Source: an uncultured virus (IMG/VR IMGVR_UViG_3300030116_006303) (Duplodnaviria; Heunggongvirae; Uroviricota; Caudoviricetes). Taken from it: 20,000 bases of DNA. The position numbers and the translations under genes are program-made. This document shows, in pieces, positions 8,301-16,330 of this stretch. The notes under the pieces are model-generated. The model was not told the DNA's origin and ran no database searches. It saw only the letters and a list, made by a program, of their open reading frames with translations. The stretch lies in IMG/VR virus record IMGVR_UViG_3300030116_006303, positions 53,596 to 73,595 of that record. One strand, given 5' to 3'. How positions within the stretch are numbered: the first letter of the stretch is position 1; every line of letters starts with the position of its first letter.

Positions 8301-9917
8301 ATGGCAGAACTATTTGGTTTTACTATCGCTCGTAAAAAAACCGAAGATGAACAAGAAAATCTTCCATCTATTGTATCGCCCACTATTGAGGACGGATCTA
8401 TTGAGATTGCACCGGGTGGCGCATATGGAACCTACGTCGATATGGAGGGCAAAGCAAAGACTGAAGGTGATCTTGTTTCTAAATACCGTGAAATGTCTAT
8501 ACAACCAGAATGTGATTATGCAATTCAAGACATCGTAAACGAAGCGATTGTAGTAGACGAGAACTCAGGCCCATGTGAAATTGTTTTGGATAAATTAGAA
8601 TATCCAAATGCAATCAAGAAAAAAATTCGTGAGGGTTACAAGCATGTATTTAAATTGCTTGACTTTCAGAATAATGCTTATGATATTTTTAGAAAGTGGT
8701 ACATTGATGGTAGATTATACTACAACATCGTAATTGATGAAACAAATCCAAGAGCCGGCATTAAAGACTTGAGGTATATTGACCCTCGCAAGATTCGAAA
8801 GATTAAAGAACCCATCAAAGATAAAGACAAGAGAACAGGTGCTACAGTATATCGTGGATCTAAGGAGTACTACTTTTATAACCCAAAAGGTATTACAACT
8901 CAGAATCAATCACAGGGTGTAAAGATTGCGAAAGACTCAGTCTGCTATGTCAATTCCGGCATACTTGATAATAGAAATAATCTGATATATTCACATCTAC
9001 ACAAGGCTATAAAACCACTTAATCAGCTTCGTATGCTGGAAGATGCAGTTGTGATTTATAGACTCGCACGTGCCCCAGAGCGCCGTATATTTTACATTGA
9101 TGTTGGTAACCTTCCAAAGATGAAGGCGGAGCAATATCTTCGTGATATGATGGTCAAGCATAAAAACAAACTCACATATGATGCACAGACTGGTGAAGTT
9201 CGTGATGATCGTAAATTTATGACCATGCTGGAAGATTTTTGGTTACCACGTCGAGAGGGCGGCCGAGGAACTGAAATCACGACATTACCTGGTGGTCAGA
9301 ATCTTGGTGAGATGGAAGATGTGGATTATTTTCGGCGCAAGCTTTACAAGTCACTCAATGTACCTACAGCGCGCATGGAACAAGAAAATCAATTCCAACT
9401 TGGTCGTGCATCTGAAATTACACGTGATGAACTAAAATTTAATAAATTTATTAAGCGATTAAGAAGTAAATTTACAACGCTATTTGATGAATTGTTAGAG
9501 ATTCATCTTGCACTCACGGGTGTTACCACTCGTAAGGAATGGCAGGAAATGAAGCAGGATATCTACTATGACTTCATGGAAGATAACCACTTCACGGAAC
9601 TCAAAGACACTGAGATTCTCACTGAAAGATTGCGTCTGCTTGGAGACATTGATTCGTATGCCGGCAAGTACTTTTCAGAACAGTGGATTCGTACAAATGT
9701 TCTTCGTATGACTGAAGATGAAGTTGCGGAGATTGAAAAACAAATAAATCAAGAAGGTGGTGGTGAAGATCCAGAGGATGAAGAGCCCATGGAAGAGGTT
9801 ATTCACGATGAAATTATAGAAGAAATATTTCAACCACCAGAAGAGATGACTGAGGAAGAAAAGAAACTTGTAGAAAAGATGACAAAAGTTTTAGACGATG
9901 TCTTGACAGAGGACTGA
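8301..9917 (+). CDS. gp20: Portal protein gp20
   Basis: Motifs 'MAELFGF', 'WYIDGRLYY', 'LRYIDPRKI', 'EDAVVIYRLARAPERRIFYIDVGNLPK.KAEQYL', 'EDFWLPRREGGRGTEITTLPGG'. Confidence 0.97.
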   Translation: MAELFGFTIARKKTEDEQENLPSIVSPTIEDGSIEIAPGGAYGTYVDMEGKAKTEGDLVSKYREMSIQPECDYAIQDIVNEAIVVDENSGPCEIVLDKLEYPNAIKKKIREGYKHVFKLLDFQNNAYDIFRKWYIDGRLYYNIVIDETNPRAGIKDLRYIDPRKIRKIKEPIKDKDKRTGATVYRGSKEYYFYNPKGITTQNQSQGVKIAKDSVCYVNSGILDNRNNLIYSHLHKAIKPLNQLRMLEDAVVIYRLARAPERRIFYIDVGNLPKMKAEQYLRDMMVKHKNKLTYDAQTGEVRDDRKFMTMLEDFWLPRREGGRGTEITTLPGGQNLGEMEDVDYFRRKLYKSLNVPTARMEQENQFQLGRASEITRDELKFNKFIKRLRSKFTTLFDELLEIHLALTGVTTRKEWQEMKQDIYYDFMEDNHFTELKDTEILTERLRLLGDIDSYAGKYFSEQWIRTNVLRMTEDEVAEIEKQINQEGGGEDPEDEEPMEEVIHDEIIEEIFQPPEEMTEEEKKLVEKMTKVLDDVLTED

Positions 9918-9920
9918 TTG

Positions 9921-11711
9921 ATGTCGAATGAGATCAGAGATGCAAAAATTCTTTCTGCTGCTATAAAATATGCAGATAAAAAAATTGCAGAAATCCAAGA
10001 AGAAATACACGAACCAGTAATTGTCGAGGGTCCTCCAGGACCACAGGGCCCTGTTGGTCCTCAAGGTGAAAAGGGTGACACTGGCCCGGAGCGTCGAATT
10101 GTAATTGAAGCGAAAGGGCCTGTAGGTCCTCAAGGAGTACCCGGTCATACATTCGAAAAGGCTTACATCGAGGATGATAAACTATATTTGCTCAGAGAAG
10201 ACGGCGAAGTATTTTCAGTTGGTAAAGTAATCGGACCACGTGGCGGTCAAGGTATTCCTGGTGAGCAAGGAATACAGGGTGAAGTCGGACCGCAGGGGCC
10301 TCAAGGGCTCATTGGTGAACAGGGCCCTCAGGGTCTTACTGGTAGACGAGGTACACGAGGTGAAAAGGGAGAACAAGGAGAACGAGGCCCACGTGGGTTT
10401 ATTGGCGAACAAGGAACTCCTGGTGTACCCGGATTAAAAGGCGATAGGGGTGAAAAAGGTGACCCGGGTGATAAGGGTGAAAAAGGCGACCCGGGTGATA
10501 TTGGTATGCAAGGTTTACGAGGCCCACAGGGTCCACAAGGACCTATCGGTGAACAGGGTCCACAGGGCTTACCGGGTATTGACGGCACACAAGTCGATCT
10601 ACAACCGCAACTTGATGTTCTACAAGAAGGAGTTGAAGAAAGAATCGTTGCATTCTCAGCCGAAATCAATTCAAGAATGGATAAGATTGCGATGAGTTCA
10701 GGATCAGGAAGCGGCGAGGTAAGACTCGAGTTTCTTGATGATGTCGATAGGGCAACGGCAAAAGTTAACGGTAAGTTCCTTAAATATGATTCTGCATCAA
10801 AAAAATTTGTTGGTGCTGATGCTAGCGGTGGAGGATCCAGCGGTGTTAGTAATAGTTTTGTTACTTCCACATTTATATCAAACACAGCAGCTCGAGCATT
10901 AATAAATGATAGGATACAGGTCGCAAATGCTACATCGACTTTTCAGACTAAAACGGTTGAACGGGCTGCTCTCGCCAACACGAATGCATTTATAGCCACT
11001 AAACTCAACTCAAATAACCCAACCATAACTGGTACAATTAGTGCGAACGGCTCGGTTGGTACAGCCGGATTCGTTTTGAAATCTGCTGGTTCTGGGAATC
11101 CAGCATATTGGGACGCAGCAAGTGGTGGTAGTAGCATTACGGGTATTACTGATAATAGCACTGGAACTGCGCTTACATTAAATTCAAATAATGCAGTTAC
11201 TGCCGCACAACCAATGCTTTTTTCAAATGGTTTTCATGTTGGCGGTGCAGGCACTGCGAATAAATTAGATGATTTTGAAGTAGGTACTTTTACGGCTGGT
11301 CTTGCACCACAGACCAGTGGCAGTATAACCTTAGATACATCGAGACCGAGCGGCATTTATCAAAAAATAGGAAATATGGTATTTGTTCAAGGATTAGTTT
11401 TCATCTCTTCCGTTTCTAGTCCTCAAGGTGAATTGTTCTTTACTGGATTGCCTTTTACGGTTGCCTCTTGGGGAGGAAGCAACGAAACAATTTACAGAAA
11501 AGGAACTATAGATTTTTATTTTGGATTTTTAGCAAGTAATGTTGTAGCCGATGTAATAGGAAGACCTTGGAGTGGTCAAACTTATGCTCGTGTGGCTCAT
11601 GATTTTAATACGACTAGCACAACTCAAAATACATTTGCCCCACTCATCGATAGCGGCACGCAATATTTCCAGTTTAAAGGTTTCTATCCTGTTTCAACTT
11701 GGTCAGATTAG
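9921..11711 (+). CDS. Collagen-like (Gly-X-Y) fibre protein with C-terminal tail-fibre-like domain
   Basis: Interrupted G-X-Y repeats at about 10029-10586, then a coiled-coil-like segment, '[14 protein letters not shown]' and a C-terminal '[13 protein letters not shown]...[12 protein letters not shown]' domain. AGAGGA SD at 9908-9913. Confidence 0.75.
   Translation: MSNEIRDAKILSAAIKYADKKIAEIQEEIHEPVIVEGPPGPQGPVGPQGEKGDTGPERRIVIEAKGPVGPQGVPGHTFEKAYIEDDKLYLLREDGEVFSVGKVIGPRGGQGIPGEQGIQGEVGPQGPQGLIGEQGPQGLTGRRGTRGEKGEQGERGPRGFIGEQGTPGVPGLKGDRGEKGDPGDKGEKGDPGDIGMQGLRGPQGPQGPIGEQGPQGLPGIDGTQVDLQPQLDVLQEGVEERIVAFSAEINSRMDKIAMSSGSGSGEVRLEFLDDVDRATAKVNGKFLKYDSASKKFVGADASGGGSSGVSNSFVTSTFISNTAARALINDRIQVANATSTFQTKTVERAALANTNAFIATKLNSNNPTITGTISANGSVGTAGFVLKSAGSGNPAYWDAASGGSSITGITDNSTGTALTLNSNNAVTAAQPMLFSNGFHVGGAGTANKLDDFEVGTFTAGLAPQTSGSITLDTSRPSGIYQKIGNMVFVQGLVFISSVSSPQGELFFTGLPFTVASWGGSNETIYRKGTIDFYFGFLASNVVADVIGRPWSGQTYARVAHDFNTTSTTQNTFAPLIDSGTQYFQFKGFYPVSTWSD
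10448..10500 (+). repeat. Tandem duplication with 27-bp period inside the collagen region
   Basis: gggtgaaaaaggtgacccgggtgata (10448-10473) versus gggtgaaaaaggcgacccgggtgata (10475-10500), one mismatch; encodes GEKGDPGD twice. Confidence 0.85.
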
Positions 11712-11719
11712 AGGTTATT

Positions 11720-11923
11720 ATGTCACTTACAGAAGAAACAACGATTGCTAGCATCGAGGTCGATACTATAAATAAAATAATTTGTGTTGTAAATAAAAAT
11801 GTTATCAAAAAAGATGATGTTATGATTGGATCTGAATTTACAAAATCTTTTATAAATGAAGGAGATGATTATAGCGGACAGCCAGCTCAAGTTAGAGCTG
11901 TATGCGATTCAATATTTTCATAG
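11720..11923 (+). CDS. Small fibre-associated protein (paralog 1)
   Basis: GAGG SD then ATG at 11720. 'MSLTEET.I..IEV...VIKKDDV.I...INEGDDYS' aligns by eye with the next ORF. Confidence 0.65.
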   Translation: MSLTEETTIASIEVDTINKIICVVNKNVIKKDDVMIGSEFTKSFINEGDDYSGQPAQVRAVCDSIFS

Positions 11924-11931
11924 GGTAAAAA

Positions 11932-12198
11932 ATGGCATTAACAGAAGAAAAAGTTATCGATAAAATTGAAGTGGTTGGTGATTATTATCACATACAAGTG
12001 AGAGAAGCTCATGTGATAAAACGAGATGGAGTCGAAATATCAAAAAGATATTCCAGAAGAGTTGTAAATCCGGGGGATGATGTTTCTAGTGATGACCAAA
12101 GAATACGCAATATAGCCAACGCCCTTCATACGGCTGATGTTATTACAGCTTTACAAAATAATCAAAAAGAAACCGAAGCAATTTTTAATAATTTATAA
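11932..12198 (+). CDS. Small fibre-associated protein (paralog 2; putative fibre assembly factor)
   Basis: 'MALTEEKVIDKIEVVG...IQVREA.VIKRDGVEIS...RRVVNPGDD', a type of small gene I recall following fibre genes in marine phages. The function is inferred. Confidence 0.7.
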   Translation: MALTEEKVIDKIEVVGDYYHIQVREAHVIKRDGVEISKRYSRRVVNPGDDVSSDDQRIRNIANALHTADVITALQNNQKETEAIFNNL

Positions 12199-12201
12199 AT
12201 A
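12194..12201 (+). promoter_or_regulatory. T4-type late promoter
   Basis: Exact TATAAATA overlapping the stop codon of the 11932 ORF, upstream of a TAGGAG SD. Confidence 0.8.
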
Positions 12202-12222
12202 ATAGTGAAATAGGAGATCGAA

Positions 12223-12450
12223 ATGAATGATACTATTAGAGATGCAATTATTGCTCTACAGAACGGTGAATCATCAAAATTTAAAGATACGATAAATACC
12301 GAACTGATGTCTCGAGCAATGGATGCGATACAAGTGCAAAAAATTTCAGCTGGTCAAGCATTCTTTGATGAGCCTGAGGCCGAAATTGATGTAGAAGATG
12401 AAATCGACTCAGAACATATGCCAGAGGAAGAACCCGATGAAGAAGTTTAA
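12223..12450 (+). CDS. Small acidic prohead core protein (gp67-like by position)
   Basis: 75 aa with a helical N-terminus and very acidic C-terminus; located between portal and protease like T4 gp67. Confidence 0.6.
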   Translation: MNDTIRDAIIALQNGESSKFKDTINTELMSRAMDAIQVQKISAGQAFFDEPEAEIDVEDEIDSEHMPEEEPDEEV

Positions 12451-13006
12451 AGACTTAATCGAGGCTGATGCAAAAGATTACAAGGGTGACGACGAAAGTC
12501 AAAAGGATTATGATACAGCATCATCCGATGAAGAAAAGTTTAAGCAGCTGCATTTTACTCATAATGCTGATCTTGCTAAGATCGGACGTGAGCACCCAGT
12601 AGCACCAGATTATGTTTTTAGCGGTGAGCGTCCTGGTGGAGCAAAAGGTGATGCTGGAGCTGATCATAAAGGTTATGATAAACCAGGTGAACCTATCCTG
12701 AAGACCTATAAAGATTTTGTTACGAGTATGCGCTCAGCGGCAAAACCAGGTGGAGATAAGGCTCCCGTAATGCAGGGATCGTCTAAAATCAAAGAAGAAG
12801 TCGAGTATATCGATGAGGCATTTAAAAAAGGGATGCTGAAACTTAAAGACGGTAAATCAGTAAAAGTTGATGAAGCAACTGCAAAGATGCTGAACAATGC
12901 CATGAAACAACTCAATCCCGGCAATCGTAAAAAGATGGAAACCGAAGCAATGAAGGATAAGAAATCTTTCGATGCGATGGTTACTTTTGCAAAAGCTGCA
13001 ACGTAG
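12437..13006 (+). CDS. Putative prohead core / internal head protein (gp68-like position)
   Basis: ATG at 12437 with AGAGGA upstream. Highly charged; carries (L/I)-x-E motifs ('LIEA', 'IKEE', 'IDEA') resembling gp21 protease sites. Confidence 0.55.
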   Translation: MKKFKDLIEADAKDYKGDDESQKDYDTASSDEEKFKQLHFTHNADLAKIGREHPVAPDYVFSGERPGGAKGDAGADHKGYDKPGEPILKTYKDFVTSMRSAAKPGGDKAPVMQGSSKIKEEVEYIDEAFKKGMLKLKDGKSVKVDEATAKMLNNAMKQLNPGNRKKMETEAMKDKKSFDAMVTFAKAAT

Positions 13007-13015
13007 GAGTGACAC

Positions 13016-13294
13016 ATGCCAGATCAAACAGATAAATTTCAATTTCATCCAGCAACATTCGAGGGTCCTGCTACAAAAGCATTTGCCATTACATCGAATG
13101 AGAGTGCTAATGTCGCATTTACAACACGAGCTGTATATGTTGGTTCGGCGGGTAACTTAGTTGTCGAGATGGCAGATGATGCATCGGGAACAACCACCAC
13201 TTTCACTGCGGTTCCAGCAGGAACGACTTTGCCGATTCGTATTCGTAAAGTTCGCACTGTAGGTACGGCAAACTCAGTGGTTGGGTTGTACTAA
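13016..13294 (+). CDS. Head spike base protein, RcGTA Rcc01079-like
   Basis: 92 aa with pattern 'D.F...EGPA..AFAIT.N....TRAVYVG.AGNLVV...TF..VPAG..LPIR.RKV...GT...VG', matching the recalled Rcc01079 family pattern. AGGAG SD. Confidence 0.72.
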   Translation: MPDQTDKFQFHPATFEGPATKAFAITSNESANVAFTTRAVYVGSAGNLVVEMADDASGTTTTFTAVPAGTTLPIRIRKVRTVGTANSVVGLY

Positions 13295-13310
13295 AAAGAA
13301 GGGCATCGTT

Positions 13311-14180
13311 ATGAAATTAGGTGTCGGTGTCTCACCAACAACTTCAATAGTTGCATCACAAACAGCAGCGGTTATTTCTGCTGCTGGTGGCGGAGGTGCT
13401 AGTCCGACCATAGAATCTATACGTGAGTCCCGTGTGTTTACGTGGGATGCTTCGATTTCGACTACATCTCAAACAGTCGCCAATCAAGAAACATCTCCAG
13501 CAGATGGCTCATCGCAGACGACATATGATGCTGTCCGAGGCACTGGAACTGGTTCAGATTCACGTGATCCGAACTATGACAGCGGTAATAAATACTATTC
13601 GCAAACATCAGCATCATCTCTTGATTTTATTACCATGCAAGGGATCAAGACGACCACAGCATTTACGCATTCACTGCATAAAGCTGGAGCGGAATTTACA
13701 ATAGAAATAGGAATACACCAGCCAAACTTGACTGGTGGGTTTTGGGTGATTACTGCAGAGGATACTAATGACACTGGTATTTCTCTTCAGCAAGTTGACT
13801 CCGGTAAAATGGGATTCTTTTGTCATAGAGGCACATCTGGATCATTCGCTTTCTCTCAAAAGACGTCTGGCGTACTAGCAAGTGGTAGAAATCATGTTGT
13901 TCTATCTGTGGATGAGGGAGGTGCTACTAACAGTAGTTTCTTCTATGTTAATGATTCTACAGAAGTTGAATTTACAACGAGTTACTCTAGTCCATCGACG
14001 GGAAACACTACTACGAACTGGCACTGGTTGACTAGCTTGCTTGACGGAAACACAAGTAATCCAAGATTCCAGGTACCACAAAACTGCGGCATAGGTTACT
14101 TCGCAATTTATAATAAGGCAGTAAGTACAGCTGAAGCAACAATTCTTTATGACAACGCACCTACAAGATATCAGGTATAG
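13311..14180 (+). CDS. Putative head fibre with LamG/concanavalin-A-like lectin domain
   Basis: N-terminal 'MKLGVGVS' resembles the Rcc01080 LGLGL anchor. It is followed by a Gly/Ala linker and jelly-roll motifs 'FTIE', 'NHVVLSVD', 'FYVN', 'AIYNKAVSTAEA..LY'. Confidence 0.62.
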   Translation: MKLGVGVSPTTSIVASQTAAVISAAGGGGASPTIESIRESRVFTWDASISTTSQTVANQETSPADGSSQTTYDAVRGTGTGSDSRDPNYDSGNKYYSQTSASSLDFITMQGIKTTTAFTHSLHKAGAEFTIEIGIHQPNLTGGFWVITAEDTNDTGISLQQVDSGKMGFFCHRGTSGSFAFSQKTSGVLASGRNHVVLSVDEGGATNSSFFYVNDSTEVEFTTSYSSPSTGNTTTNWHWLTSLLDGNTSNPRFQVPQNCGIGYFAIYNKAVSTAEATILYDNAPTRYQV

Positions 14181-14183
14181 AAA

Positions 14184-14438
14184 ATGGCAAACTTAACAGA
14201 AATCAAGAATGCAATTAGAAACAGTGAAGCAACGGATGCATCAGAAATGGATTCGTGGACTTCATCAAATGCTGATAGGGCTGGGGATATCGAAGCTCTG
14301 CTCGGTGCTCTACCGTCCGGTTACTCGATGGTGTCGGATGAAGGATCATTCGATCCAATCACAAAAGATTTGATGATCATGGTAAAGCACGATAGTTCCG
14401 GTCGAAAGATGGGATTAAAGGTCTTGCAGGGTTATTGA
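14184..14438 (+). CDS. Hypothetical protein (84 aa)
   Basis: ATG 3 nt after the previous stop; fills the gap up to the next late promoter; no family recognised. Confidence 0.6.
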   Translation: MANLTEIKNAIRNSEATDASEMDSWTSSNADRAGDIEALLGALPSGYSMVSDEGSFDPITKDLMIMVKHDSSGRKMGLKVLQGY

Positions 14439-14439
14439 T

Positions 14440-14447
14440 TATAAATA
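14440..14447 (+). promoter_or_regulatory. T4-type late promoter for gp21
   Basis: Exact TATAAATA, intergenic. Confidence 0.85.
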
Positions 14448-14470
14448 ATAAAAAGAAATAGGAACACGTC

Positions 14471-15127
14471 ATGAAACTTATCACCGAAATGCTAGAAACG
14501 GATGTAGAGTTTATCACCGAGGCAAAAGAAGACGGTGGTAAAAATTACTTTATCGAAGGCATTTTTATGCAGGGGGAAATCAAGAACCGCAACGGTCGTA
14601 AGTATCCCATTCAGACACTTTTAAAAGAAGTAAATCGATACAACAAAGAATATGTAGAAAAGAACCGGGCATATGGTGAACTCGGTCATCCCCAAGGTCC
14701 TACTATCAACCTTGAGCGTGTATCACATATGATTAAAGAATTGCACCAAGATGGAAATAACATCATGGGTAGAGCAAAGATCATGATAGAAACACCGATG
14801 GGCAAGATCGTAAAGAATCTTATGGATGAAGGAGCCAAGCTTGGTGTTTCATCAAGAGGTATGGGTACTCTAAAACAAGATAAGGATGGAACAAATATTG
14901 TTTCGAATGATTTCCAGTTGGCAACAGCTGCTGATATTGTAGCCGATCCGTCTGCACCTGAAGCATTTGTTGAGGGTATTATGGAGGGAGTTGAATGGCT
15001 ACAAATAAACGATCGTTGGGTTCCTCAGTACATCGAGAAAACTCAAGAACAGATCAGAAAAGCGTCAAGAACAGAGCTTCAGGAAGCTAAAGTTGCAGCC
15101 TTTGCTAAGTTCATGAAGCAACTCTAA
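14471..15127 (+). CDS. gp21: Prohead protease gp21
   Basis: Motifs 'MKLITE', 'IEGIFMQ...KNRNGR.YP', 'GELGHP', 'GVSSRGMG', 'DIVADPSAP.AFV.GIME'. Confidence 0.96.
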   Translation: MKLITEMLETDVEFITEAKEDGGKNYFIEGIFMQGEIKNRNGRKYPIQTLLKEVNRYNKEYVEKNRAYGELGHPQGPTINLERVSHMIKELHQDGNNIMGRAKIMIETPMGKIVKNLMDEGAKLGVSSRGMGTLKQDKDGTNIVSNDFQLATAADIVADPSAPEAFVEGIMEGVEWLQINDRWVPQYIEKTQEQIRKASRTELQEAKVAAFAKFMKQL

Positions 15128-15139
15128 AAGATGTGTTTT

Positions 15140-15147
15140 TATAAATA
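15140..15147 (+). promoter_or_regulatory. T4-type late promoter for gp22
   Basis: Exact TATAAATA, intergenic. Confidence 0.85.
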
Positions 15148-15187
15148 ATATGAATGAGAAATTTATTTTCACAAGGAGATAAAACAG

Positions 15188-16276
15188 ATGTCCGAACAAG
15201 ACTTAGAAGTAATGGAGGACGCAGAGGTTCTTGAAACTCCTGAAGAGATTTCAGAAGATGAAGATCTTTTAGAGTTCAAGGCTGACGGCGAAGACTCCGA
15301 AGTCGCGGATCCAGTAGGAGACAAGACTGACGAAAAGCCAAAGGGTAAGGGCGATCCAATGCCTAAGACTAAGATGGCGATGATCAATGCCATGATGAAA
15401 AATTTAAGTAGCATGAAAAAAGTTGAATTGCAAGCCATGTATAAAAAGGTAAATGCTGGCATGTATGAAGAAGCTGAAGCTGATGACGAAGTCATTGATG
15501 AAGCGGAAGCACCTAAAGAACTTGCTACAATCACATCAGCCGATATCAACATCCAAGACGATGTTGATGCAATGCTGAACGGAACGGATCTCGACGAAGA
15601 GTTCAAGGAAAAAGTTGCAACAATTTTTGAAGCAGCTGTCGTATCAAAAGTTAACGAGCAGATTGAAAAATTTGCCATTGAAGCAGAGTCCGATGTCGAA
15701 GTATCTCGTACAGAAGCTGTAGACGAACTCACAGAAAAAGTTGATTCATATCTTGACTATGTTGTTCAGGAATGGGTTGATAATAACAGTCTTGCCATCG
15801 AGACAGGCGTACGCGCCGATATGGTAGAGGATTTCCTCAAAGGACTCAAAGGTTTGTTTGAAGAGCACTATGTCGATATTCCAGAAGAGAAAGTCGATGT
15901 TGTAGAAGAACTTATCGCTAAAGTTGATGAGCTCGAAGGTAAGCTTAACGAACAGACAGACAAGAATGTCGAGCTTCTCGGCAAAGTAAATGATTTCGAG
16001 AAAGATGCTATCTTTGTAGAGGCAACGGACGAACTCACTGATACTCAAATCGAAAAGCTTCGCGGACTTGCAGAAGGAATTGACTTTGATGATGCTGATG
16101 ATTTTCGTAAAAAAATCGGCATGTTGAAGTCACAATATTTTGATATTGATGAAGAGACCGAAACGGTCGTTGTCGATGATGAAGACGGTCCCATTTCTCT
16201 TGAAGAAGAGAACGAAGGTCCTACAGGTGCTATGGCAGTATACATGAATGCCATTTCAAGATCTGCTAAAAAATAA
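15188..16276 (+). CDS. gp22: Prohead core scaffold protein gp22
   Basis: Acidic coiled coil with 'EEFKEKVATIFEAAV', 'VDSYLDYVVQEW', 'LKGLFEEHYVDIPEEK'; lies between gp21 and gp23. Confidence 0.93.
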   Translation: MSEQDLEVMEDAEVLETPEEISEDEDLLEFKADGEDSEVADPVGDKTDEKPKGKGDPMPKTKMAMINAMMKNLSSMKKVELQAMYKKVNAGMYEEAEADDEVIDEAEAPKELATITSADINIQDDVDAMLNGTDLDEEFKEKVATIFEAAVVSKVNEQIEKFAIEAESDVEVSRTEAVDELTEKVDSYLDYVVQEWVDNNSLAIETGVRADMVEDFLKGLKGLFEEHYVDIPEEKVDVVEELIAKVDELEGKLNEQTDKNVELLGKVNDFEKDAIFVEATDELTDTQIEKLRGLAEGIDFDDADDFRKKIGMLKSQYFDIDEETETVVVDDEDGPISLEEENEGPTGAMAVYMNAISRSAKK

Positions 16277-16282
16277 TATTAT

Positions 16283-16290
16283 TATAAATA
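16283..16290 (+). promoter_or_regulatory. T4-type late promoter for gp23
   Basis: Exact TATAAATA, intergenic; TAAGGAG SD downstream. Confidence 0.88.
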
Positions 16291-16330
16291 ATCTATGAAG
16301 GCTGATTAATACAGTAAGGAGAAAACAAAA

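Noticed and set aside
9915..9923. Portal stop (TGA) is in frame with the collagen gene, suggesting a read-through portal-fibre fusion
   Set aside because: The collagen gene has its own well-spaced SD (AGAGGA 9908-9913) and ATG. In-frame adjacency occurs by chance one time in three, and no recoding signal was seen.
10029..10586. Repeats as a CRISPR array or diversity-generating retroelement template
   Set aside because: The repeats are codon-periodic collagen sequence with no spacers. No reverse transcriptase or adenine-variant repeat pair was seen in the window.
10328..10885. 185-aa Pro-rich minus-strand ORF
   Set aside because: It is the antisense shadow of the Gly-X-Y codons (GGN read as NCC); there is no independent evidence for it.
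15169..15732. 187-aa Ser-rich minus-strand ORF
   Set aside because: It is the antisense shadow of Glu/Asp-rich gp22.
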